Shown piece by piece: positions 54,721 through 64,000 of a DNA stretch of 64,000 nt. The notes under the pieces are model-generated. The model worked only from the letters and a program-made list of their open reading frames with translations, was not told the DNA's origin and did no database searches. Origin of the DNA: Anaeromyxobacteraceae bacterium (lineage in GTDB: Bacteria > Myxococcota > Myxococcia > Myxococcales > Anaeromyxobacteraceae). A program made the translations under genes and the position numbers. The stretch covers positions 128,001 to 192,000 of the forward strand of contig JAULAX010000005.1 of the NCBI GenBank assembly GCA_032654565.1. Direction: 5' to 3'. The stretch's first letter is position 1. Every line of letters starts with the position of its first letter.

Positions 54721-56106
54721 ATGCCCCACCGTCCCTTCCCGCCCGGCTTCCTCTGGGGCGTCGCCACCTCGGCCTTCCAGATCGAGGGGGCCTCCACCGC
54801 CGAGGGGCGGGGCGAGTCGATCTGGGATCGCTTCGCCGCCACCCCGGGGGCCATCGAGGACGGCAGCGACGGCACCGTGGCCTGCGACCACTTCCGCCGC
54901 TGGCCGGAGGACGTGGCGCTGATGCGCGGCCTCGGGCTCAACGCCTACCGCTTCTCGATCGCCTGGCCGCGGGTCCAGCCGCTGGGGCGGGGCGCGCTCA
55001 ACCCCGCCGGCCTCGACTTCTACGACCGGCTGGTCGACGGCCTGCTCGAGGCCGGGCTGGCGCCCATGGCCACGCTCTACCACTGGGACCTGCCGCAGGC
55101 GCTCCAGGACCGCGGCGGCTGGGGCTCGCGCGACACCGCCTCGGCCTTCGTCGACTACGCCGCGGCCGTCTCGATGCGGCTCGGGGACCGGGTGCGGCAG
55201 TGGGTGACGCACAACGAGCCCTGGTGCATCGCCACCCTGGGCCACGAGCAGGGGGCCCACGCCCCCGGGCTGCGCGACCCGGCGCTGGCGCTGCGGGCCG
55301 CCCACCACGTCCTGCTCTCGCACGGCTGGGCGGTGCCGGTGCTGCGGCGCAACGCCCCCGGCGCCGAGGTGGGCATCGTCCTCATCGCCTCGCATGTCGA
55401 GCCGGCCTCGCCGAGCGAGGCCGACCGCGACGCCGCCCGCTGGTTCGACGGCTTCTTCAACCGCTGGTATCTCGACCCGGTCTTCCGCGGCAGCTACCCG
55501 GCCGACGCGGTCGAGGACCGGGTGCGGCGCGGGCAGCTCCCCCCCGGCCCGCTCCCCTTCGTGCAGCCGGGCGACCTGGCCGCCATCCAGGCCCCGCTCG
55601 ACTTCCTCGGCCTCAACTACTACAGCCGCGCCGTGCTCTCCGGCGCCCCCGGCCCGGCCGGCGAGCCGGCCCCCCGCACCCTGGCCATGGCCCCCCCCGA
55701 GGCGCTCACCGACATGGGCTGGGAGGTCTGGCCGCAGGGGCTGGAGGACGTGCTGCGCCGCATCCACCGGGAGTACCAGCCGCCCCGCATCTACATCACC
55801 GAGAACGGCGCCGCCTACGCCGACGGCCCCAACGGCGACGGCCGGGTCCACGACGCGCGGCGCCGCGCCTTCCTGGCCGGCCACCTCGGGGCCCTGCGGC
55901 GGGCCATCGCCGCCGGGGTGCCGGTGGCCGGGTACTACCACTGGTCGCTGCTCGACAACTTCGAGTGGGGCCACGGCTACACCAAGCGCTTCGGCCTGGT
56001 CCACGTCGACTACGCCACCCAGCACCGCACCCTGAAGGACAGCGCGCTGTACTACCGCGACGTCGTGGCCGCCAACGCGGTCCCCGACGACGCCCCGTCA
56101 CCGTGA
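54721..56106 (+). CDS. GH1 beta-glucosidase
   Basis: WGVATSAFQIEG, THNEP, ITENG, WSLLDNFEW. Confidence 0.95.
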   Translation: MPHRPFPPGFLWGVATSAFQIEGASTAEGRGESIWDRFAATPGAIEDGSDGTVACDHFRRWPEDVALMRGLGLNAYRFSIAWPRVQPLGRGALNPAGLDFYDRLVDGLLEAGLAPMATLYHWDLPQALQDRGGWGSRDTASAFVDYAAAVSMRLGDRVRQWVTHNEPWCIATLGHEQGAHAPGLRDPALALRAAHHVLLSHGWAVPVLRRNAPGAEVGIVLIASHVEPASPSEADRDAARWFDGFFNRWYLDPVFRGSYPADAVEDRVRRGQLPPGPLPFVQPGDLAAIQAPLDFLGLNYYSRAVLSGAPGPAGEPAPRTLAMAPPEALTDMGWEVWPQGLEDVLRRIHREYQPPRIYITENGAAYADGPNGDGRVHDARRRAFLAGHLGALRRAIAAGVPVAGYYHWSLLDNFEWGHGYTKRFGLVHVDYATQHRTLKDSALYYRDVVAANAVPDDAPSP

Positions 56107-56113
56107 GGCTGAC

Positions 56114-59100
56114 ATGACGACCCTCCCCGCTCCCCGGCTCGCCCCCTCGCGGTCCCCGCGCCACGCGGCCGGCCTGCTGGCCCTGCTGCTGGCCCTGGCG
56201 CCGCTGGCCACCCCCGCCGCACCCGCCGCACCCGTCGCCACGGTGAAGGTGCTCTCCGGCCCGGGTGGACTGAAGCTGGCGGTCAACGGCCAGGACTTCA
56301 TGGTCCTCGGCATGAACTGGGACTACTTCCCCATCGGCACCAACTACAACTACAACTTCTGGGGCCAGCCCGACGACGTCATCGAGGCCGCCCTGGCCAA
56401 CGAGATGTCGCTGATGAAGCGCATGGGGGTCAACGCCGTGCGGCTCTACGCCGGCGTCCCGCCCCGCTGGATCGCCCACATCCACGAGAAGTACGGCATC
56501 TGGACCGTCCTCAACCACACCGTGGGGCGCTACGGCTACACCCTCGACGGCGCCTGGACCCAGAACGTCGACTACTCCAGCCCGCGCTTCCGCGCCGCGG
56601 TCAAGGCCGAGCTGGCGGCGCTGGTCGAGGAGTACAAGGGGACACCCGGCCTGCTGATGTGGCTGCTCGGCAACGAGAGCAACTACGGCCTCTCCTGGAG
56701 CTCGTTCGAGATCGAGGCGCTGCCCAGCGGCGAGCGCGACCACGCCAAGGCCAAGCACCTCTACTCGCTCTTCGGCGAGATCATCCGCGACACCAAGGCC
56801 CGCGACCCCAACCACCCGGTCTCGATCGCCAACGGCGACCTGCAGTACATCGATCTCATCGCCAGCGAGTGCCGGGGGCTGGACGTGCTCGGCGTCAACG
56901 CCTACCGCGGCAAGTCGATGGGCGACCTCTACGCGGTGGTCAAGGCCAAGCTGGGGGTGCCGGTGATGTTCACCGAGTTCGGCGCCGACGCCTTCGACGC
57001 CAGGCGCGGCAAGGAGGACGACCTCACCCAGGCCCGCTACCTGCTGGCCCAGTGGCGGGAGATCTTCGAGCAGTCGGCCGGCAAGGGGAAGGTCGGCAAC
57101 GCCGTGGGCGGCTTCACCTTCCAGTGGAGCGACGGCTGGTGGAAGTACAAGCAGGAGACCAACCTCGAGCTCCACGACACCAACGCCTCCTGGCCCAACG
57201 GCGGCTACGTCGAGGACTACGTGGAGGGCGAGAACAACATGAACGAGGAGTGGTGGGGGATCTGCGCCAAGGGGCAGCCCGACGACCGCGGCCTCTACGA
57301 GCTGCAGCCGCGCACCGCCTACTACGCGCTGCAGCAGGCCTTCCGCCTCGACCCCTACGGCCCGGCCACCACCGCGGCCGCCATCCAGGCCCACTTCTCC
57401 GCCATCGAGCCGGACGAGCTGGCCTTCCACTACCAGGCGGTCAAGGGGGCGGCGCTGGCCTCGACGCTGGGCGCGGTCCGGCTCTCCAACCTGCGGCTCT
57501 CCTTCGAGACCTACTCCACCGGCGGCAACAACCACTGGCAGCGCCCCACCCTGCCGAACGGCGGGCGCGGCTTCGACACCATGGAGTCGATGTACCTCGA
57601 GGCCACGGTGCAGCCCACCGAGAAGGTCACCGGCAAGGTCGAGGTCAACGTGCTCGGCAACGTGGCCCAGAACCCCATCGACGAGATCTACTACGAGCGG
57701 CACGGCAAGCCGGTGCAGCTCACCGGCGTGGTCGCCAACCCCGACGGAACCCTGTCGGCCGGCCCCAAGACCACGATCAGCGGCGCCGATCGGGTCCGCG
57801 TCTACCGGGCCAGCGTCGCCTGGGAGGACGCCTGGTTCCGCCTCGAGGGCTTCTACCGGACCGGCCACTACCACTGGGGCGCCGAGGGCGACGTCTTCGG
57901 CCTCTACCGGGAGGCCAACTACGGCGACCGGATCGACATCTACGACGCCAACACGCCGTCGGGCATGGAGATCACCGGCAAGCGGGCCCTCGACGGCCTG
58001 AAGGTGGCCTTCGGACCGCAGCTCTGGTGGGGGGCCAACCCGACGGTGATCGGCAAGTACCGGCGCAGCGTCGCCGGCCTCGATCTGACGCTGCTGCACC
58101 AGGAGGACGTGGCCCAGACCGGCGGCGTCGCCGGCATCTCGGCCATCATCCCGGAGAAGGCCGGCCGCCGCACCGCGCTGGCGCTGGAGACGCGGCTGCT
58201 CGGCGCCGGGGTGGAGCTGGGAGGAATCTGGTCGGGCTCGAGCCGGGTCGGCCAGGTCTTCCTCGACGACGCCAACCGCCCGGAGAAGATCCGCGCCCAG
58301 GACGCCTTCGGCGGCAAGGCCAAGGTCACCATCGAGCGCGGCACGCTGCACTGGTACGCCTCGGGCGCCTACATGGGGCTGGTGGCCAACGCCGGCCCCA
58401 CCGCCCGCGTCACCTACACCGGCTGGAGCCTGAAGGACAGCGGCTCCGGCAACCAGGTCAACGCCCTCACCGGCCTGGCCGCCACCTTCGGCATGTTCCA
58501 GATCGCCCCCAACTTCCTCTGGCAGAAGCCGCTGGTCGGCCCCGGCACCAGCGTCATCCCCTTCGGGCTGGGCGGCGCGGCCTCGCGCAACATCAACGCC
58601 GACCCCTTCGTGGTGCGGGGCAACCGCGAGACCATCGCCGGCGAGCTGATGCTGGTCTTCGACCCCACCCCGGCCACCTGGATGTGGGCCTGGGACAACG
58701 ACCTGCGCGAGGACGCCCCCTTCGCCGCCAGCCTCGACTTCGTCTTCCGCCACCAGCCCACCGCCGTGGACGCCACGCTCTTCTACGCCGCCGACGGCAT
58801 CACCCAGTACGCCTTCCAGCGCGGCGTCCCCGCCGCCGACGTCTGGGAGGTGAGCGCCCGGGTGGTCTCGGCGCCGCGCTCCGACCTGCGCCTGGTGGCC
58901 CACGCCTTCGCCGGCAACCAGCAGGCCAACGGCGAGAGCGTCCGCCAGCCCCGCCGCTACGGCGGCGACCTGCGGGTCACCTGGCGCTCGGTGGCGCTGG
59001 CGGCCCACGCCAAGTTCAACGACTGGGGGCCCTACGACTACTACCGGGACTTCAACCAGACCTTCCCGCTGCAGCTGATGGGCGACGTCTCCTACAACCT

Positions 59101-59266
59101 GGGTCCGGCCCGCTGGCTCTGGCTCAAGCAGACCAGCGTCGGCCTGCGCGCCACCTCGCGCTACCTGAACGGCTACTCGGGCGACCGCTACCTGCAGACC
59201 CGCGCCGACCCGCAGGCCTGGGGCCACGAGTACGAGCTGCGCACCTACCTCCTCGTCACCCTGTAG
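56114..59266 (+). CDS. Secreted clan GH-A glycoside hydrolase (GH2/GH158-like TIM barrel) fused to a probable outer-membrane beta-barrel
   Basis: Signal peptide; GVNAVRLY, WLLGNE, FTEFGAD, FQWSDGWWK, NEEWWG; C-terminal ~580 aa rich in amphipathic beta strands, ending YLLVTL. Confidence 0.8.
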   Translation: MTTLPAPRLAPSRSPRHAAGLLALLLALAPLATPAAPAAPVATVKVLSGPGGLKLAVNGQDFMVLGMNWDYFPIGTNYNYNFWGQPDDVIEAALANEMSLMKRMGVNAVRLYAGVPPRWIAHIHEKYGIWTVLNHTVGRYGYTLDGAWTQNVDYSSPRFRAAVKAELAALVEEYKGTPGLLMWLLGNESNYGLSWSSFEIEALPSGERDHAKAKHLYSLFGEIIRDTKARDPNHPVSIANGDLQYIDLIASECRGLDVLGVNAYRGKSMGDLYAVVKAKLGVPVMFTEFGADAFDARRGKEDDLTQARYLLAQWREIFEQSAGKGKVGNAVGGFTFQWSDGWWKYKQETNLELHDTNASWPNGGYVEDYVEGENNMNEEWWGICAKGQPDDRGLYELQPRTAYYALQQAFRLDPYGPATTAAAIQAHFSAIEPDELAFHYQAVKGAALASTLGAVRLSNLRLSFETYSTGGNNHWQRPTLPNGGRGFDTMESMYLEATVQPTEKVTGKVEVNVLGNVAQNPIDEIYYERHGKPVQLTGVVANPDGTLSAGPKTTISGADRVRVYRASVAWEDAWFRLEGFYRTGHYHWGAEGDVFGLYREANYGDRIDIYDANTPSGMEITGKRALDGLKVAFGPQLWWGANPTVIGKYRRSVAGLDLTLLHQEDVAQTGGVAGISAIIPEKAGRRTALALETRLLGAGVELGGIWSGSSRVGQVFLDDANRPEKIRAQDAFGGKAKVTIERGTLHWYASGAYMGLVANAGPTARVTYTGWSLKDSGSGNQVNALTGLAATFGMFQIAPNFLWQKPLVGPGTSVIPFGLGGAASRNINADPFVVRGNRETIAGELMLVFDPTPATWMWAWDNDLREDAPFAASLDFVFRHQPTAVDATLFYAADGITQYAFQRGVPAADVWEVSARVVSAPRSDLRLVAHAFAGNQQANGESVRQPRRYGGDLRVTWRSVALAAHAKFNDWGPYDYYRDFNQTFPLQLMGDVSYNLGPARWLWLKQTSVGLRATSRYLNGYSGDRYLQTRADPQAWGHEYELRTYLLVTL

Positions 59267-59283
59267 GGGCGCGGCGCCTCGTC

Positions 59284-60198
59284 ATGTCGGGCCCGAGCAA
59301 GCAGCGGTTGATGGACACCGGCGTGGCCGCGGCGGGGGGGCTCCCCTACGCCACCGCCACGCGGGACGAGCTGGCGGCGCTGCTGCAGCGGGCGCTGGCG
59401 AAGGGGCTCCACGGCCTCTGCTTCAGCGCCTACCTGCCCGGGCAGAGCCCGGAGCTGGCCAGCCAGATCTCCGAGGCGCAGATCCTGGAGCGGCTGCGCC
59501 TGGTCCGCCCCACCACCCGCTGGGTCCGCAGCTTCTCCTGCACCGACGGGAACCAGGCCACGCCGCGCCTCGCCAAGCAGCTCGGCATGAAGACGCTGGT
59601 CGGCGCCTGGCTGGGGACCGACCTCGCCAAGAACGAGGCCGAGCTGGCCGGCGCCATCGAGGTGGCCCGGGCCGGCCACGCCGACATCCTGGCCATCGGC
59701 AACGAGGTGCTGCTGCGCGAGGACCTGCCCGAGTCGGCGCTCATCGACTACCTGCGGCGCGCCAAGGCGGCGGTGCCCGGCGTCCCGGTCTCCTACGTCG
59801 ACGCCTACTACCTGTTCGTGCAGCACCCGCGCCTGGTCGAGGCCTGCGACGTCATCCTCGCCAACTGCTACCCGTTCTGGGAGTACTGCGCGCTCGACCA
59901 GGCGCTGGCCTACATGAAGGAGATGTACGCCCGGGTGGTCCGCATCGCCGGCGGGCGGCAGGTGATCATCAGCGAGACCGGCTGGCCCAGCGCCGGTACC
60001 CCGGTCGGCGAGGCCGCGCCGTCGGTGGAGAACGCCCTGCGCTACCTGCTGGCCACGCTGGAGTGGACCGAGGCCGAGGGGATCGACCTCTTCTACTTCG
60101 CCGCCTTCGACGAGGCCTGGAAGGCCGGGCCGGAGGGGGACCGCGGCGTCACCTGGGGGCTCTGGGACCAGGACGGGAAGCCGAAGTATGCCCGGTAG
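59284..60198 (+). CDS. GH17-like beta-1,3-glucanase/transglucosylase
   Basis: IGNEVLLR, ANCYPFWE, ISETGWPS, AFDEAWK, WGLW. Confidence 0.85.
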   Translation: MSGPSKQRLMDTGVAAAGGLPYATATRDELAALLQRALAKGLHGLCFSAYLPGQSPELASQISEAQILERLRLVRPTTRWVRSFSCTDGNQATPRLAKQLGMKTLVGAWLGTDLAKNEAELAGAIEVARAGHADILAIGNEVLLREDLPESALIDYLRRAKAAVPGVPVSYVDAYYLFVQHPRLVEACDVILANCYPFWEYCALDQALAYMKEMYARVVRIAGGRQVIISETGWPSAGTPVGEAAPSVENALRYLLATLEWTEAEGIDLFYFAAFDEAWKAGPEGDRGVTWGLWDQDGKPKYAR

Positions 60199-60204
60199 GA
60201 CGCC

Positions 60205-61173
60205 GTGAGCCGGGCGCTGAGCCCGCGCGGGTTCGACCCGGCCTGGCTGGGGCGGGCCATCTGCTACTCCGGGTACCGCGACGGCCAGAGCCCCGACGCG
60301 CAGCGCTTCCCTTCGTACCCGCAGGTCCGCGAGGATCTGCTGCTGCTGGCCCGCCACTGGCGGGTGCTGCGGCTCTACGACTGCACCCGCCACGCCGAGC
60401 TGGTGCTGGAGGTGATCGAGCGCGAGCGGCTCCCGCTCAAGGTGATGCTGGGGGCCTGGCTGGCCGCCGAGGCCGACAACCCCGGCTGCCCCTGGGGCGG
60501 CCTCCACGGCCCGGCCCTGCTGGCCCGCAACGTCGCCGAGAACGGGCGGGAGCTGGAGCGGCTGGTCCGGCTGGCGCGGCGCCACCCCGAGGCGGTGGTG
60601 GCGGTCTCGGCCGGCAACGAGGCCTGCGTCGACTGGACCGACCACCTGGTGCCGCCGGCCCGGGTGGTGGGCTACGTGGAGGAGCTGCAGCGGCAGCTCC
60701 CCCAGCCGGTCACCTTCTGCGAGAACTACCTGCCCTGGCAGGAGAAGCTGGGGGCGCTGGCCGAGGCGGTGGACTTCATCTCGGTCCACACCTACCCGGC
60801 CTGGGAGGCCAAGGCGCCCGGCGAGGCCATCGCCTACACCGACGAGAACTGGCGGAGCGTGGCCGACCGCCACCCCGGCACGCCGGTGATCATCACCGAG
60901 GCCGGCTGGACCACCCGCTCCGGCGGCCGCGGCGTCCGCGCCGAGGACGCCACCCCGGCCAACCAGGCGGCCTACCTGGCCGGGCTCGACCGCTGGAGCC
61001 GCGAGCGCGGCGTCCTCACCTTCGTCTTCGAGGCCTTCGACGAATCCTGGAAGGGGGCCGCCGATCCGCTCGAGCCGGAGAAGCACTGGGGCCTCTTCAC
61101 CGTGGACCGCCGCCCCAAGCCGGCGGTGCAGCCGCTCTTCCCGGACCTGACACCCGCCGAGGCCGCGCCATGA
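60205..61173 (+). CDS. GH17-like glycoside hydrolase
   Basis: ICYSGYR, RLYD, AGNEA, HTYPAWE, TEAGW, FEAFDESWK, EKHWGL. Confidence 0.85.
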   Translation: MSRALSPRGFDPAWLGRAICYSGYRDGQSPDAQRFPSYPQVREDLLLLARHWRVLRLYDCTRHAELVLEVIERERLPLKVMLGAWLAAEADNPGCPWGGLHGPALLARNVAENGRELERLVRLARRHPEAVVAVSAGNEACVDWTDHLVPPARVVGYVEELQRQLPQPVTFCENYLPWQEKLGALAEAVDFISVHTYPAWEAKAPGEAIAYTDENWRSVADRHPGTPVIITEAGWTTRSGGRGVRAEDATPANQAAYLAGLDRWSRERGVLTFVFEAFDESWKGAADPLEPEKHWGLFTVDRRPKPAVQPLFPDLTPAEAAP

Positions 61174-62276
61174 ACCTGACCGCCCTTCGCACCCCTGCCG
61201 CGCCCGCCCTGCTGCTGCTCGCCGGGCTGGGGCTGGGCTGCGCCACCCGCCCGCCCGGGCCGCCGCCGGCCGCCGCGGCCCCGGCCGACCCGGGCACGAC
61301 CTCCGCGACCACGCCGTCGGCGCCGGTCGCGCCGCGCTTCGAGCCGCGGCCGCTCCGCCCCTTCCTCGGCGACCGCTGGATCGGCCAGGGGATCTCCTAC
61401 GGCCCGCACCGCGACGGCCAGCGCCCCGGCGGCCCCTCGCCGACGCGCGCCCAGCTGCGCGAGGACCTGGCGCTGCTGCGCGGCACCTGGGGGCTGCTGC
61501 GGGTCTACGGCTCCGACCCGCCCACGCCCGAGCTGCTGGCGCTCATCCGCGAGGAGCGGCTCCCCTTCAAGGTGCTGCTGGGGGCCTGGATCGCCCCGGA
61601 GTCGGGCACCCCGGTGCCGGGCTCGCCCCGGGCGGTGGAGCGCGGGGCCCGCGAGGCCAACCGGGCCGAGGTGGCGGCGGCGGTGCGGCTGGCCAACGCC
61701 TACCCCGACCTGGTGCTGGCGCTGGTGATCGGCAACGAGACCCAGGTGGACTGGTCGGATCACCGGGTGGCGCCGGAGGTGCTGATCGGCTGGCTGCGCG
61801 AGGCCCGCCGCGGCGCCGCCCAGCCGGTGGCCACCGCCGACGACTTCGGCTTCTGGCTGCGGCCCGACGCCGAGCCGGTGGCGCGCGAGGTGGACTTCAT
61901 CGTCCTGCACGCCTACGCCATGTGGAACGGAAAGCCGCTGGAGGAGGCGCTGGCCTTCACGCAGGAGAAGTACGCGGCCACGGTGCGCCGGCACCCTGGC
62001 CTCACCGTGGTGATGGGCGAGGCCGGCTGGGCCACCCGCAAGCACACCGAGGGTGACCAGGGGAAGCTGATCAAGGGGACGCCGGGCGAGGCCGAGCAGC
62101 GGCGCTTCTTCGAGCAGTTCAACGGCTGGGTGAGGGCGGAGCGGATCACCAGCACCTGGTTCGAGGCCTTCGACGAGAACTGGAAGGGCGGCCCCCACCC
62201 CGACGAGGTGGAGAAGCACTGGGGGCTGTGGCGCGCCGACCGGACGCCCAAGGCGGCGGTGGCCGCGCCGCGCTGA
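61170..62276 (+). CDS. GH17-like glycoside hydrolase, lipoprotein
   Basis: Lipobox LGLGC; ISYGPHR, IGNET, GEAGW, FEAFDENWK, EKHWGL; ATGA overlap. Confidence 0.85.
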   Translation: MNLTALRTPAAPALLLLAGLGLGCATRPPGPPPAAAAPADPGTTSATTPSAPVAPRFEPRPLRPFLGDRWIGQGISYGPHRDGQRPGGPSPTRAQLREDLALLRGTWGLLRVYGSDPPTPELLALIREERLPFKVLLGAWIAPESGTPVPGSPRAVERGAREANRAEVAAAVRLANAYPDLVLALVIGNETQVDWSDHRVAPEVLIGWLREARRGAAQPVATADDFGFWLRPDAEPVAREVDFIVLHAYAMWNGKPLEEALAFTQEKYAATVRRHPGLTVVMGEAGWATRKHTEGDQGKLIKGTPGEAEQRRFFEQFNGWVRAERITSTWFEAFDENWKGGPHPDEVEKHWGLWRADRTPKAAVAAPR

Positions 62277-62288
62277 AGCCGGGGCCGT

Positions 62289-62609
62289 TCAGCGCCCAGC
62301 CGCAACGCGAGCGAGCCAGTAGCTGGGGCGGCGCCGCAGGTGGGCGATGGCCAGGACGACGACCTCGTCCCCCTCCAGGACGTACCCGATCGCGAAGGGA
62401 AAGCGGGCCAGCAGGAACCTGCGGATTCCGTCGCTTTCGCGGCTGGCCGGCCAGATCGGCCAGGTCTCCGGGCGCTCGGCGATGGCGTTCAGCCCGCGCT
62501 GCACCTCGTCGGCGAGGTCGAGCCCGAGTCCGGGGAGCTGCAGCTCGTACCAGTCACCGGCCGAGGTGAGGTCGGCCACGGCTCCTGGATGGAGGCGGAT
62601 TCGCACCAC
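62289..62609 (-). CDS. RelE/ParE family toxin
   Basis: AVADL...WYE...LG; RRFLLARFPFAIGY; VLAIAHLRRRPSYW. Confidence 0.88.
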   Translation of the reverse strand: MVRIRLHPGAVADLTSAGDWYELQLPGLGLDLADEVQRGLNAIAERPETWPIWPASRESDGIRRFLLARFPFAIGYVLEGDEVVVLAIAHLRRRPSYWLARVAAGR

Positions 62610-62846
62610 CTACCTGGGAGGCCAGCGCTGGGCGAGCCGTGTCTTCACGGTCTCCCAGTCCTCGCCGGCGACCGACCCCTCACGGACCTCGCGACCGCGC
62701 TGCTCGAGCTCCGCGACCCAGCGCTCGGCCGCGTCTCCGTCGGCGCCATCGTCCAGGCTCAGGAGCAGCTCGTGTGCGATCCTGGCTCGCTCCCTGACCG
62801 GAAGGGCAAGGGCGTTGGAGAGCAGCTCGGAGGCCTCGGGTGCCAT
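62610..62846 (-). CDS. Addiction-module antitoxin (TIGR02574-like)
   Basis: ALALPVRERARIAHELLLSLD; WVAELEQR; WETVK; directly upstream of the toxin. Confidence 0.85.
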   Translation of the reverse strand: MAPEASELLSNALALPVRERARIAHELLLSLDDGADGDAAERWVAELEQRGREVREGSVAGEDWETVKTRLAQRWPPR

Positions 62847-62954
62847 GGCCCCGAGTATACCCAGGCGAGGCTGACGTCGCAGGGGCCCGATGAACGGCAG
62901 GGGGCTCCTTCTACCCGTTCCTCCAGCGCCGCCACCGACGGTCGATGCCGCGAC

Positions 62955-63332
62955 TCAGCCGTCGTCGTCGCCGGGCGGCTCCCAGGGGAGCGCCCCCTCG
63001 GCCTCGGCCAGCGTCCGCGTCCCCTCCCCCATGCCGTCGCTCCAGGGCTCGACCACCAGGTCGCGCGCCGTCACCTGGATCTGCCCGCCGTGCGCCGAGG
63101 CCACCAGGGCGGCCACCTTGTCGAGCGTCTCGGTGACGAAGGCGTGGTCGTTGCCGACGGCAGTGACCCCGACCACGCTCCGCTGCCAGAGGTCGTTCTC
63201 GGCCACCTCGGCGATGGAGACGTTGAAGCGGGCCCGGACCCGGTCGATGGCCGAGCGGAGCAGGTGGCGCTTCGACTTGAGCGAGCCGGGGGCCGGGAGG
63301 AAGAGGACCAGCCTGAGCACACCGACGAACAT
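62955..63332 (-). CDS. DUF503 (YlxP-like) protein
   Basis: SLKSKR; RFNVSIAEV...DLWQR. Confidence 0.9.
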   Translation of the reverse strand: MFVGVLRLVLFLPAPGSLKSKRHLLRSAIDRVRARFNVSIAEVAENDLWQRSVVGVTAVGNDHAFVTETLDKVAALVASAHGGQIQVTARDLVVEPWSDGMGEGTRTLAEAEGALPWEPPGDDDG

Positions 63333-63408
63333 GGATCCCTCCGGCGACGTGAACCCAGCCTAGCCGAAGCGGCCGAGCGTTGTCGCCGACGAGGGTGGCA
63401 GCGCCGTG

Positions 63409-64000
63409 GAAGCCAACCGGGCGACGGCGCGGCGTCCCATGAATCCGACCGGGCGACGGCGCGGCGCCCCATGAAGCCGACCGGGCGACGGCGCGGCGTC
63501 GGCCGTGGCGCGAGTCTCGCAGCCCCTGGCCGCTCACACTCACGGTCACGCCCTGGCGAGAGGGCGCGCCGCAGGCGCGGCGAGCGCCGAGGCTGGCGTC
63601 GTGCCGGCGTCCCGGATCGGCGTCACACGAAGCCGACCGGGCGACGGTGCGGCGTCCCATGAATCCGACCGGGCGACGGCGCGGCGCCCCATGAAGCCGA
63701 CCGGGCGACGGTGCGGCGTCGGCCGTGGCGCGAGTCTCGCAGCCCCTGGCCGCCCACACTCACGGTCACGCCCTGGCGAGAGGGCGCGCCGCAGGCGCGG
63801 CGAGCGCCGAGGCCGGCGCCGTGCCGGCGTCCCGGATCGGCGTCACACGAAGCCGACCGGGCGACGGTGCGGCGTCGGCCGTGGCGCGAGTCTCGCAGCC
63901 CCTGGCCGCTCACACTCACGGTCACGCCCTGGCGAGAGGGCGCGCCGCAGGCGGGGCGAGCGCCGAGGCCGGCGTCGTGCCGGCGTCCCGGGTCGGCGTC
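63409..64000. repeat. Nested tandem repeat of 32-bp A units and ~128-bp B units, (AAAB)(AAAB)(AB...), running off the window
   Basis: A units at 63409, 63441, 63473, 63629, 63661, 63693 and 63849; B units at 63501, 63721 and 63877; 220-bp period. Confidence 0.92.

Noticed and set aside
55796..60198. Long ORFs 55796..59227 (-) and 56659..60198 (+)
   Set aside because: Antisense or off-frame shadows of the GH-barrel gene; only 59284-60198 encodes a recognisable GH17-like protein.
63409..64000. Possible CRISPR array or repeat-protein gene
   Set aside because: Intervening units are near-identical rather than unique spacers, and the periods are not multiples of 3.

Overview
Very GC-rich bacterial chromosome segment. 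Gene content and a MYXO-CTERM protein suggest Myxococcota, probably Anaeromyxobacter-like (inference). Most of it is housekeeping: gluQ, malQ, tkt, nadE, ppk2, frr, pyrH, pcnB, rnhB, mutM, an RsmB/NOP methyltransferase, bcp, rpsB, tsf, a pseudouridine synthase, yhbY, methylmalonyl-CoA mutase and a biotin carboxylase. Accessory parts: (i) a ~1.6 kb IS110/IS1111-type element (about 26357-27952). Its 3' non-coding end folds into two stem-loops carrying short matches to its own insertion flanks and its own right end, as expected for a bridge/seek RNA, and the predicted circle junction rebuilds a TTGACA-N17-CATCAT promoter. It sits just upstream of an HNH gene that has a PafBC/RecA-NDp-like leaderless promoter. 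(ii) A frameshifted TonB-dependent transporter plus a MYXO-CTERM protein, divergent from tonB-exbB-exbD-exbD. (iii) A beta-glucan locus under a ROK-type operator: orphan ABC ATPase, GH1, a GH-A/beta-barrel fusion and three GH17-like genes. (iv) Toxin-antitoxin modules. (v) Two non-CRISPR repeat arrays at the window ends. Also notable: a biotin-carrier-like protein whose acceptor lysine is replaced (EALHM for EAMKM), and many genes that look leaderless. All calls are from motif recognition by eye; no database searches were run.
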